NCBI GenBank assembly: GCA_030264375.1
Contig: JASCQW010000105.1
Coordinates: forward strand, 45,576,540-45,640,539
Origin: Carcharhinus longimanus
Taxonomy: Eukaryota
Direction of reading: 5' to 3'
DNA length: 64,000 nt
The number at the start of each line of letters is the position of its first letter. Positions within the stretch are counted from its first letter, which is position 1. Position numbers and translations under genes: made by a program. Below the pieces are notes generated by a model. That model had not been told where the DNA came from and searched no databases. It saw only the letters and a list, made by a program, of their open reading frames with translations. Below, piece by piece: positions 36,438-47,925 of the stretch.

Positions 36438-37033
36438 GGCCAGGATTTTATGGCCCTTCCTGCCCAGTGGAATATTATAGTTCTGCTGGGCAGAATTTAT
36501 TTTATTCATTCAACTGGATGTGGGCAAGGCCAGCAATTATTGCCCATTCCTATTTCACAAGGTGGTGGTGCCTTCTTGAATCACTGTAGACCCTGTGGAG
36601 TATGTACAACTACACTGCTGTCAGCGAGGGAATATCAGGGTTTTGATCCAGTGACAGTGACGAATCAGTGATATATTTCCAAGTCTGGATGGTGAGTGAC
36701 ATGGAGGGGAACCTCCAGGTGGTGGTGTTCCCAGGTACCTGCTGCTACTGTCTTTGTAGATGGTAATGCTCATAGGTTTGGGAGGTGCTGCCTATGGCAC
36801 CTTGAGAGTTCCTGCAGTGCCTCTTGAAGAAGGTACACACTGCTGCCACTGTTCATCAGTGGTGAAAGGATTATGTGTTTGTGGAAGGGGTAGGAATCAA
36901 GTGGGCTGCTTTGTCTCGGATGGCATCAAGCTTCAGGAGTGTTGTTGGGCTGCACTCAAGGAGATGAAAATTTAAATGGCTTGCTGCATCCACCAGGGGA
37001 GACACACTTTGCTGGTGCTATAAAATCCTGGCC
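36438..37033. mobile_element. short Harbinger-type MITE with a nested minus-strand CR1 3' end (~36500-36962)
   Basis: Perfect 13-bp TIR GGCCAGGATTTTA / TAAAATCCTGGCC with an ATG TSD on both sides. Confidence 0.8.
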
Positions 37034-37429
37034 ATGGCTTCAGCAGATGTTAACTTATATCGGACAAAAAGACGTGGAGTGAACTGACATTAAAATGTGA
37101 AATTAGTAGATAATTAGTGAATAATTAAGGATTATTCAGAAAAGAATATCAACTGACAATGCTGAGACTATCTCTTGTTTTGAGTACAGCCTAATAAAAT
37201 TATGAAAAGTGGGTGAAAGGAAAACCCCGTGACAATAGCCACTATAGTAATAAGTACCTGCATGCATTACAATTTACAGGTGCTCAGCAGAACAAGACTT
37301 AACACCATGTTGTATTGTATTTGGAACCAAAGATTGTGTTGTATCCACTGTTAGAAGGAAGATTTTCAAACAAGAAGATGTGATGAAATGTGCATGCACG
37401 TATTATACTTTTAAGCGCTTCGCAAAGCA

Positions 37430-37648
37430 TGTATAAATATGGGACTGGAGTGTGGCACCACCCACAGTGTGATGTATGCAGTCACATGGTCAGAGAAAAG
37501 CCAAGAAGAACACTCTGTAAGCAGCTAGCCTGTATGGTGGGGGCAAAATCATGCAAAACTATGTTCGGAACAATAGTTAAAGCCCAACAGCAAAGGTGTT
37601 TTTGCCTAAACATATGAGCCTCAGGATCTGATCAATGAGTCACCACCA
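37430..37648 (+). mobile_element. possible short solo LTR
   Basis: TG...CA ends with aagca/tagca flanks and a tgtgatgta..agtcacatgg motif typical of fish Gypsy LTRs. Confidence 0.3.
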
Positions 37649-37889
37649 TAGCAGCAGAAAGAAACTATATTATGACAATCACTTAGAAGAGAGGATGAAG
37701 AAGAATATGAGGCAGTAACCACCAACTAGGATCCTGAGAGAGGAGCAGCCGGGTTATTAAGAGTGACAGAGGAGCAATGGGGCCACTAACAATGGAAAAA
37801 AATCAGTGGGCCATTCACAGCAACAGAGGAGCAATGCGGCCATTAACAGTGAGAGGCCAGCACCACCCTCATAAGACTGCCACTACACT

Positions 37890-40000
37890 TTATGAATCCC
37901 AGGCAGAGAGGTCCTCTGAGAAGGAGAAAGTAGGATGGTAGGAGGGCATGTGTGGCCCAGGCCCATACAGCTGAGCCTGGTCTCCAGGCATCTTGAACCT
38001 CTTGCCACTGGACCAAGGCCTTGCTCCGTCAAACTGATGTGGTAGCTGGTGTGCAACGGCAACCCTACATTAAAAGAGCTTACACACAGGCATCTTCCAC
38101 CTCCTACAACTGGAATGTCAGGACCCACATGGTCCATCCTCACAGCAACAGACTTACTGTTGTGACAACTGACAACAGACTAACAGCTTACTGTTATCAT
38201 TGTCCAGAACCTCAGGCATTTCAACATTTTCAACACTGTCCTTAGTGAGACCCAATGGACAGGGGAAAAGGCACATTGAGGAACAAGGTGGCAATTACAC
38301 CTTCTTCTGGAAATGCAAACCAGAAGAAGATCCTGGCGCTACAGAGTTGGCTTTGGCATTGAAAACAAACTTGGTGTTCATGTCAGAGATGTGGGATAAA
38401 CAAATGTTTCATGACTCTTCACCTCATCCTTGCCCAGACCCAGTGTGCTACAGTCCTTAGTGCCTACACACCAACACTAGAAGCTACAGATGAATCAAAA
38501 GAGGAATTTTACTCCAGCCTTAAACAATCATTGGCCCAAGAACCAACAGGCAACAAGCTGATACTCCTTGGTGCCTTCAGTGACAGAGTTGGAAAAGGCA
38601 CAGATCTCGAGGGAAGTGTAATTCTTGCTACCATGCTCCACCTCAACCTCAGCAAGCTCCCTACTGGAATGGAGCTAAAGAACAGGAATCTTCACCACCT
38701 GCAGGCCAAATCCAAACTCAACCTCTGTAATTGATCTACAATGTGCAGACAATGCTTTTGTCTCTGCACAATTGGAACCCAAGCTCCAAGCCATCATCAA
38801 CACCTACATCCAGGGATATGAGAGCATGGGCCCTACATTAAATATCCGTAAGACAAAGGTCCCCAACCAACCTGTCCCAGCTGCAGAGTACTGTCCCCTT
38901 GGTTATCAAAATCCATGACAAGGCTTTGGACAGTGTGGATCACTTTCCATAACTTGCAAGCTTACAGTCAACAAGGGTAGACATTAAGCACGAGGTTCAG
39001 CACTGTCTTCAGTGTGCCAGCATAGCTTTTACTCACCTGAAGAAGAGAGTGTATCAGGACCTCAGTCCTGGCATCAAGCTCATGATCTACAGAACAATAA
39101 TGATACCAACCCTCCTAAATGGCTCAGAGACTTGGATTATGTACATCAAGCACCTCAAAACACTGGAAAAGAACCACAGCATTACCCACTCAAGGTCCTG
39201 CAAACCCGTATCAGGAAAGGAGCATCAACATCTCCCTCAAGCCAACATCTCCAGCATCCAAGCATTGACCACAGTTGATTCGCTCCACTGGTGGGTCATT
39301 TTGCTCATATGCTTGACACTAGACTCCCGAAACATATGCTCTACGCGACAGAGCGAACAAGCCACAGGAGGGCAGGGGAAATGCTTCAAGGACACCTTCA
39401 AAGCCTCCTTGAAAAAGTGCAACATCCCCACCGACACCTGGAATCCCTGGCACAAGATTACTTGTGTTGGAGAGGAAGGAGTTGAACACCTCGCGTTTCA
39501 TCAACGAGAGCAAGCTAAATCTAAAAGATGTCAATGAAAAGACATTTGGCAACCTGAGTACCCCTCCCACCTGGTCATCCATCTGCCCCACCCGTGACAG
39601 AGAATGTAGGTCGCGCATTGGACTCCTCAGTCACTTGAAAACTTATTTTAATTGCAGAAGACAGTCATCCTCTCATTGGACCGTCATTGGGATGGCACAG
39701 TGGCAGAGCAGTTAGCACTGCTGCCTCACAGCGCCACAGACCCGGGTTCAATTCCAGCCTCGGGTCACTGTCTGTGTGGGTTTCCTCCGGGTGCTCCGGT
39801 TTCCTCCTACACTCCAAAATGAGGTAGACTGGCCATGCTAAATTACCCTGTAGTGTTAGGGGGATTAACAGGGTACATAAATGGGGTTAAGGGGATGGGG
39901 CCTGGGTGGGATTGTGATCGGTGCAGACTTGATGGGCCAAAGTCCTCCTTCTGCACTGTAGGGGTTCTATCCTCGACTCTGAGGGACTTCCTAGGATGAA
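37890..40000 (+). mobile_element. RTE-clade LINE, internally deleted and decayed
   Basis: AP-endonuclease motifs WNVRT, GGNYTFFWK, VLSAYTPTL..KEEFYSSL..LILLG. Jumps to the late RT region, then KLMIYR...LLNGSETW and CFKDTFKASLKKCNI, and a C-terminal CPT...CRSRIGLLSHLKT zinc knuckle. Confidence 0.9.
39689..39968 (+). mobile_element. HE1-type SINE inserted in the RTE 3' end
   Basis: A box and GGGTTCAATTCC B box. ATCCTC is duplicated at 39667-39672 and 39969-39974. Confidence 0.9.
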
Positions 40001-42134
40001 AAAGAAATAAAATTAATCACAGACATCGGGACTCCTACTGCATCACAATAATTCAGCCCACAGACTAACCTCCATATCACAGTTTCACTGCTGTGCACCC
40101 GTCCTTCATTAAAAATACACAGGGTCTGTGAGTCTGTTTACTTTTGCAGAATTGTGATAAGCTCTATATATTTCAGGAACTTAAATCGAAAATTTAACTG
40201 CATAAATCTGCATATCACCATGTGAACAAAATCGTCCCATGTTTCACTCAATTGTTAGGTCTATTTTGAATTGAGCAGTGAGCAGAAGGCAGCACAACCT
40301 TGCCAAAATAATCAGTGGCCACAAGATGGCAGAAAACCCACATCTAATCAAAAATGGATCACCCCCTTAGATAAATTGTGGAGCTCAGATTTGTCCTGGC
40401 GAGATGAGCTTGAGGCAAGTTGCACATTTTGTTTGGTCCATGTTCAACGTTGTAAGTTTTAAAGTTCTTTTTGAGAGAATTTGCGCACTACCCAATCCCC
40501 ACATTTCTTTCGCAATGATTATTCTGGCTTAAATTAAACCATGCTTCCTGATTTATATTTTGTTCAGCTGTCGGCAACAGGCAGCAGATCTCAAGTCTGT
40601 GTAATGTGTCAGAAAATCACAGGCTGTAACACTGCAGAAATTACAAGACATGAAAGGATTCAATGTTGAGTTATTAATCCAGTATGAGCGCAGTCAATCA
40701 AACAGTAATTCACTTATTTTATGTGCCACCCTATAGCGACATCAGTTGCTTGCAGTGCGTAATTGCATCACTGCTGAAGAGATTTGTTTCCACACGATAC
40801 AAAGGCAAAATCTTCAAGGGCTTGTCATCTGCCTCTATCATAGTTCTTTTTTCTTCAATGTCTCCGCAGTTTCTTCTGAAATTGCTGACAGCTGCTAAGG
40901 TATAGTTTACTCCCTTCCACTCACAGAAGAGCAGATTCATGGACAGATCATTCAATTACCAACAGGCCTCACAGATGAATCCAACCCTACCTTCAATCAA
41001 TGTCCAAACAAATGCCCTTTCTAGCAGGGATCACTGAGTAGTGAACGGAGCCAGGAACTGCAGCTGATTTTGCTCCTTTCAGGGAATACTAAACACATTC
41101 ACAGCATTCTCATCACTGACCCAGCTGAGACCGGCTAAGTCAGCAAAATCTGGGGATCAAACCTAAGCAGTTCCTGGACTCTTGTTACTGTGATTTGCGA
41201 CACAAGGAAGAAGCTTTTCCTGACACTGTTTTATAGCCAACTAATAAACATGTTCCTCATGCTGTTACTACTTTGCTACCAAAGGGAACAGAGAAAATGT
41301 TTTTCCAATAACATCTCAACTGCAGCACTCCAGAAGAATAAGCGGAGGAGGTTAAATGTAGCGGTAGGGTTCAGCCACAGCTGTACCATATTCACTGAAG
41401 GAAGCTCAACAATACAAAAGAAGCTTTGATCAGATCGCCTTCCTGGCTCTTGATTGAAAAATGTCCCCGCACGTGGAGGATGAAAAGAAAAACACTAAAA
41501 AAGGAGAGCACATTAGCAATTTAAATGGATAAAGGAAGCTTTTTTGTAAAAAAAAACTATCTTGGTGTCTTACTGTTTACCAAGCTGCATACGCCAGCAG
41601 AGAGGACAAACATATATTCTACAGGGCTCTGACAGAGGCTCCCCTTGAAGTGACACCTTAGATGAAGTATGAGTGACCAGTCCGAGGAAAACTCATCTAT
41701 TCAACTTCCCCTCCCATCCACCTGCTATCTGATACTTTCTTAGGTAACACAAGGGACAGGGACAGTTGCCTGAAGCATATATCTGCCACTGCTCCTGCCC
41801 TAGACATAGCACAGCGATAGATAGCTGTAGCATGTCTTCAAACCAATTGAAATTCAATTCATTTTTTGAACAACACCCTCAGGTCAATGAGAGTAAATTA
41901 TAATTTCAGATCCTTTTGATTAATTTGTTTGCCCTTGAGTACCAAAACTACATGCCTTCAAAACAAACTTTGCATATATCTAAAGATGTTCCTTAAGGGA
42001 AGGGAGGATCAGCTTGTTCCAGTGATCTAGTGTGGATGATATTTTCATGAGTTCTTCGCATCTTGACATTCACAGTGAGTGACATGTAATCTTTTATGCC
42101 TGCTCATGAACTAAAACTATTTTCACTGCTACAG

Positions 42135-43030
42135 GCACCAACAGATCGAGGCAGATGTGAAGGGCCAACATAAGCCCCGCCCCACCCCACCTCAGGTGAG
42201 GGTCCTGAAGAAGCCACCTAGGAAGAACTGTCACTGCACTCTCCTGCATCCTTCACCAGCATAGTGACACACATCTTGGTGAGTCAGGCTCAGGCTCACG
42301 TGCTGGAGAAAACTTCACTGACGTGTCTCCACAGCAGTTGGAAGCAGGGACAGCCCAGGTCTCCTGCACTCAGAGGGCTGCTGGAGATCAGTCACCCACT
42401 CAGAGTTAGACGATCAACCTCAGTGATTTGCCAGACACAACACTGAAAATGCAAATGCCAAGGAACATTAGGCAATCACTCAGCAGACTAGAGTGAAGGA
42501 TGGAGACTCCATCTGCTTTCCTTCTGATGTTGTAGCTCCAACATCTGAATGTCTCAAGGTCACTGCGGAAAGGTTGATGACCACCATGGACACCTTGGCC
42601 CAGTATGTTTTGCTGGATTTGGGCTCAGTCCTTGACTCTGTAGTCACATATATTGGCAGGAATGAAGAGTGTCTAGGCAATAAGGGATTGGGACATTTTG
42701 ACCACCCTCTAGGTGCCCCTTCTTCACAAGGTTTCAGGGAGCAGTCCTTGGGCATCCACTGGGGAAGAGCATCAGCTGACATTCCCAGGTGTCCACTCAG
42801 GACACACCAAGGATATCCAGCCACTCAGAATCCTCTCTGTCTGTGACCAAATTCATTCCAGTTGCTCTGACCAAGGAGGGTACATCTGCTCCTGAGCATG
42901 AGACCCTTATCAGGCCTCAGGCAACCAGAAGATGTCTGCCAAGTTCATCACAGATGGCAGGATGTAGCAGTTGGCGGCAGATTATCTCCACCTCTACTGC
43001 AGATGTTGGGGCTGCACCGAAGACAGTGGT
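42135..43030 (+). pseudogene. Harbinger Myb/SANT-like accessory gene, last exon remnant
   Basis: Starts after a ctacag acceptor and shares gacacaca.cttggtgag and an S/T/P-rich character with exon 3 at 61932. Confidence 0.55.
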
Positions 43031-43718
43031 AGGGTTAAAAAATTTAAGAAATACTGAAATCACTTTGGTTATAGTTGTGCAATCACTTTGTAAAGATTGC
43101 ACTTTTGTTAATACCTTTTGTTTCATGTGAGTGGTTTGATCAGTTAGAGACCTGTTAATTTATGTACATTATCATCTTATTGTGAAATTTAACCTTCCTT
43201 GAGCTTCATGTGATATCAACTGTACTGAAGATAGTTGCCGGCTCTTTGTGTTTTGTCTGGTAGATGAGTAAAAATCTTTATTAGAAATGTGTGCTACATG
43301 CATTTGTAACATGTGTCTGCTCATGATACACCATTGTATGAAGCAGCTTAGCATCCTTTAAGGATGAGAGGCAGTTGCATCTCCTTGGTGGTAGTACCAA
43401 AGGACAAGACCTGAACAAGAGGATGATATCCCCAACCATGTCCTCATCTCACTGGCTGCTGTAATTTATCATTAATGTGGTGACAACTGCATCAAATTAG
43501 TGATGCCGTGTTCTGCTGTCAACTTTCACTTTCCAGAGTGAGTGCATATAAGGCTCACCACTGACTTTCTCAGAAGTCATGACTTGATGTATCGTGAGGT
43601 TAGATGGTGTAGGTCTGAACACTGAATTCGGTCTTGATGTGACTGTTTGAACATCACTCAATACAATGGAATGGCATTAAGGAATAGGAAGAATATGGTA
43701 TCTTTTATTATCTTCACT

Positions 43719-44300
43719 TTACTTCCCTTGTAATCTAGTGGCAATTAAAGTAGCATAGACATGTCCTCTATGTTGTGCTTCCCTAATGGAATCATCCCTT
43801 AGAAGCTTACCCCCATCATGCTCTTCAGGTTCCATGTCCTTCTGCCCTTCATCCTCCAAGGAGCTCTCATTCTGCTCAATTTCTCTCTCCAGCAAGGGCT
43901 CACCTCTTTGCAGCACCAGGTTATGAAGGGCACCACATACAATGATGTGTGAGACCATGACTGGAATATACAGCAGATTTCCATCTAAACATTGAGGGAA
44001 CCGAGTGTATGGTGTCGAAATTTGTTGATGACACCAAGATTGGTGNNNNNNNNNNNNNNNNNNNNNNNNNNNNNNNNNNNNNNNNNNNNNNNNNNNNNNN
44101 NNNNNNNNNNNNNNNNNNNNNNNNNNNNNNNNNNNNNNNNNNNNNTGATCTTATTGAATGGCGGGGCAGGCTTGAGGGGCTAGATGGCCTACTCCTGCTC
44201 CTATTTCTTATGTTCTTATGTCTCGAGATATGAACTGTGTTCTGATTCTCATCTGAGGAACTCTGAGGCCAATACCAGGTGTCACAAGACAGCATTTCAG
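43719..44300 (-). pseudogene. PIF/Harbinger (HARBI1-like) transposase C-terminal remnant
   Basis: Minus strand reads VSHIIVCGALHNLVLQRGEPL..acidic tract..LIATRL, matching the I..CC.LHN motif and acidic tail of Harbinger DDE transposases. Interrupted by a CR1. Confidence 0.8.
43992..44221 (+). mobile_element. young CR1/HER1 inserted in the transposase
   Basis: VSKFVDDTKIG RT motif, an N gap, then a tail ending ttatgttcttatg. Confidence 0.88.
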
Positions 44301-45129
44301 TGGGTACCCCTTATCTCCAAGTCACCATCCCTACAGACAATCAGTCTCTTTGAATGTGTGAGGCACTTGAGGATGACTCAGGATAGGCACTGCCCAGCCA
44401 TGCCCCTGACGATCTGGGATTCCAATGGATTCAGAGCACAAGCATCAACCCCCCCAACCCCCACGTGCCCCCCTCCCCAAACCAGTGTGGCCATCATGCC
44501 TGGTCCCCATTTGTGAAGACCAGCAGTGATTCCTGACAACATCACATTGTAGCGGTGGGACGGTGAATACCGGGATCTGGATAAATCTGGCTAAAACCTA
44601 GAAATGCATATTTAAATTAAGATTTAAATATGCAGATCTGATTCACACTCATGCTGTGTGTGAACCAGATTATGCTGCCTTGGGGGGTGGGGACAATCAC
44701 AAAAGGGGCTCTCCCTGGTGCAAATTGCATAATGGCCCCTCTCACAAGATTCTCTGGCTATGAGCTCTGCATAGATGCGTAGGGCCAGAGAGTTTCCCCC
44801 TTCCTTCATGACTCTCTGTGTGACCCATCCTTCTTATTCCACACCTACACTCTCTTCCCTAACACTCAATCTCCCTCTGCCAACATTCCCTCTGTCCCCC
44901 AATTCCTTGCGATGCTTTCTTGCCTCTTTACCTCCCATTTGTCTGTTAACTTCCCACCAGCCCCCTCTCCCTCAGTCACAATTCTGGTCTCTGTTTGAGT
45001 ACAGTCCTGCCTGAGTACCACTGCACAGGGGCAGGAAGGCATTACAAGGGGCTGGCAGTGGGAGAGAGGAGGAGGGGTGGGAGTGGGGGAAGCACCCACT
45101 AGGAACAGACCAACCCTACACACCCAGCA

Positions 45130-45550
45130 ATGTGGCATTCCACTGACATCACAATAAACTCAGCAGAACACTCCAACAGGTAGACTATGAATGCTACACT
45201 CACTTCCATGTTATGAAAGAAGTGAGCTCTGAATATTGCATGCCACTCCTTTTCATACGTGACCCAGACTGGCATGAGTTCCCACTGGCATAACACAAGA
45301 TTAGAAAGTGCTGCATATTTCTGGTGAGAAGCATATTTAATGAGCATTCATGACTGGTAATAAGTGCAAATGGTGTTCACGTCTCTAGTCAGTGAGATAC
45401 CCACTCCACCATCAATCAGCCAGCAAACAGTTGTCAGGAGCATCACAAACTCTAAACACCGGTGGAAATCCAAATTTTTGACTCTCACCAAACTCTCCAC
45501 TTTCACGTGTCATAAAACCCACCACAGGCAGGATGGGAAAGTTCCGCCCT
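45130..45550. mobile_element. Harbinger-type terminal region
   Basis: Ends in GGGAAAGTTCCGCCC, a TIR-like sequence resembling the other MITE termini. Confidence 0.5.
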
Positions 45551-46029
45551 TTGTGTTTCAGATTGAACCTTTCATCAGAACTGAATTCAAACATGATGAA
45601 TTTTCACTTGTATCAAGTCTGTTTAGTGTTTGTTGAGGAGACTTAATTTGACTGTGGGGTGATCTGTGAATAAATATTATCCTGTACATGATGTTGACTT
45701 GCAAGCATCTACAGTTCAAAGTGAAAAGACCATTATCACAATTAAGTGAGATTGGCAAGTGGTGCAGGACATTAATAAGGAATGTAGAAGAGCATACCAA
45801 GGGCAATATACCGAGTATACTGAGAATGAGGTGCCAACCTGGTGAGGTTCCAGTGCAGAATACATGCATGTTAAACCATAGACGCAGCATACTATAAACA
45901 GAACTAAAGAATTCCATAACAAATCAATCCAAACAAAGCTCTGCAGCTCTGCCAGCTGTAAATGGTTGAGGACAATTAAACAACTAACAGAAGGAGGTGG
46001 TCCATAAACATCATCATAATTAATGGTGG

Positions 46030-47925
46030 CTGAGTTCAGGACATGAATACAAAAGATAAGACTTAGGTGTTTGTAATAATCTTCAACCAGAAGTGCTGAG
46101 TAGGTGATCCAGTTTGGCCTCCTCCTGAGGTCACCAACATCACAGATGCCATAATTTGATTTGCTCTGTCTCATGTCAAGAAATGCTTAAGTGCATTGGA
46201 TACAGCAACGGCAATGAACCCTGAAACTACCTGGCTGTGGTGCTAAAGGCTTGTGCTGCAGGGCTAGGCTAGCTGTTCCAGTACAGCTAAAACATTGGCA
46301 TCTATTTTATCATTTGGAAAATTGCTCAGGTGTGTCCTGCTCACAAAGAGTAGGACAAACATAATTTGGTCAATTACTGTCCCATGAGACCACTCTCAGT
46401 CATTAACAAAATGGTGTTGTTGACAGTGCAAATAAGTGACATTTTTACTCTCCAGTGACTGCTTGCTGATACTCTGAGTTCTGCAGGAGCACTTGGCACC
46501 AGACCTCATTACAACCTTGGTCCATAGGGAACAGAGTAGAATTCCAGTGGTGAAAATGACTGCCCTTGATATCAAAGCTGCATTTGACTGAGTGTGGCAT
46601 CATGGACCTCTGGTAAAAAATGAAGTCATAGAATCACAGAATGGTTGCAACACAGAAAATGCCCTTTGCCATGGCTGGGCCAGCTCTGTGAAAAAGCACA
46701 TCAGCCAGTGCACTCCCCTGCTCTTTCCCAATTGTCTGGCAAATTCCTTCTCCAATTCCCTTTTAAAGCTCTGATTAGATCTTCCTCTATCATACTCTCA
46801 AGTAGCACATGCCAGATTGTAACCACTCACTGCATGAAGAAGATTTTCTCTGTTGGTTCGTTAAATTGGTGTCCGAAGGAACTTAACCCTTCTGCCAGTC
46901 ACTGGCATTTAGGAGAAGATTCTCCACAGCTGGAGTGATACTCAGTACAAAAAAAAAAGACGGTTATGGTTATTGGAGGCCAATCATCACAACCCCATGA
47001 TATGATTGGAGGAATTCTTGAGGGAGTGTTCTAGGATGAACCATCTTCAGCTGCTTCATCATTGACCTTCCCTCCATCATAAGATCAGAAGTGGGGACAG
47101 TCACAGATGATTGTACTGTGTCAGGTTCCATTCTGATCTACTCAGATAATAAGGCAGTATATGTCTGTATGCAGCAAGACCTGGACAACATTCAGGCTTG
47201 GGCTGGTAAGTGGCAAGTGACATTCAGGCCACAATAATACTAGCTAATATCCAAATCCAACTGGGCAGCATTACCATTGTTGAATGCTCTACCATCAAGA
47301 TCTCAGGGACTACCAGTGACCAGAAACTAAACTTGGAAAACCAAGTAAATACTGTTGCTACAATGATAGACTGGATATTCTGTGGTGAGTAACTCAAGTT
47401 CTGACACCCCAGATCATTTCCACTATCAGCAAGTTATAAGTCAGGAGTTTGTTGGAATGCTCTCCACTTGCCTGGATGAACACAGCACCAACAACAAAGA
47501 AGTTCATTATCCAGGACAAAACAGCCTGCTTGACTGGCACCCCATGCACCATCTTAAAGATTCACTCCCTCCACCACAGATGCACCATGGTTGCAGTTTG
47601 TACAATATGCAAGATTGATTGAAGCAACTCCTTTAACAGCACCTTCCAAACCTATGCCAGTTGGGATCCATTGTCACGAAGGACAAGGTCAGCAAGTGCA
47701 TAGGAATACCATCACTGCAAATTTTCCACTATGTTACACACCATTGTGACTTCAAAATATATCATCCTTTCATTGTTGCTCATCAAATTATGGAATCCCT
47801 AATAATTAGCACTGTGGATGGATTTACAATATGTCACTACCATCTTCCCAAGGACAAGAAGGGTTGGGTAAAGACCTACCAATGATGCCCACATCCTATG
47901 AATGAATTAAATAATAAAAAAATGA
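46030..47925 (+). mobile_element. CR1 (second family) ORF2 to 3' end, with a nested minus-strand CR1 tail (~46625-46915)
   Basis: WKIAQVCPAHK, TALDIKAAFD.VWH, IFSCFI.DLPSII..EV..FTDD and MQQDLDNIQAWA.KWQVTF motifs. Ends gatgcccacatcctatgaatgaat. Confidence 0.88.
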
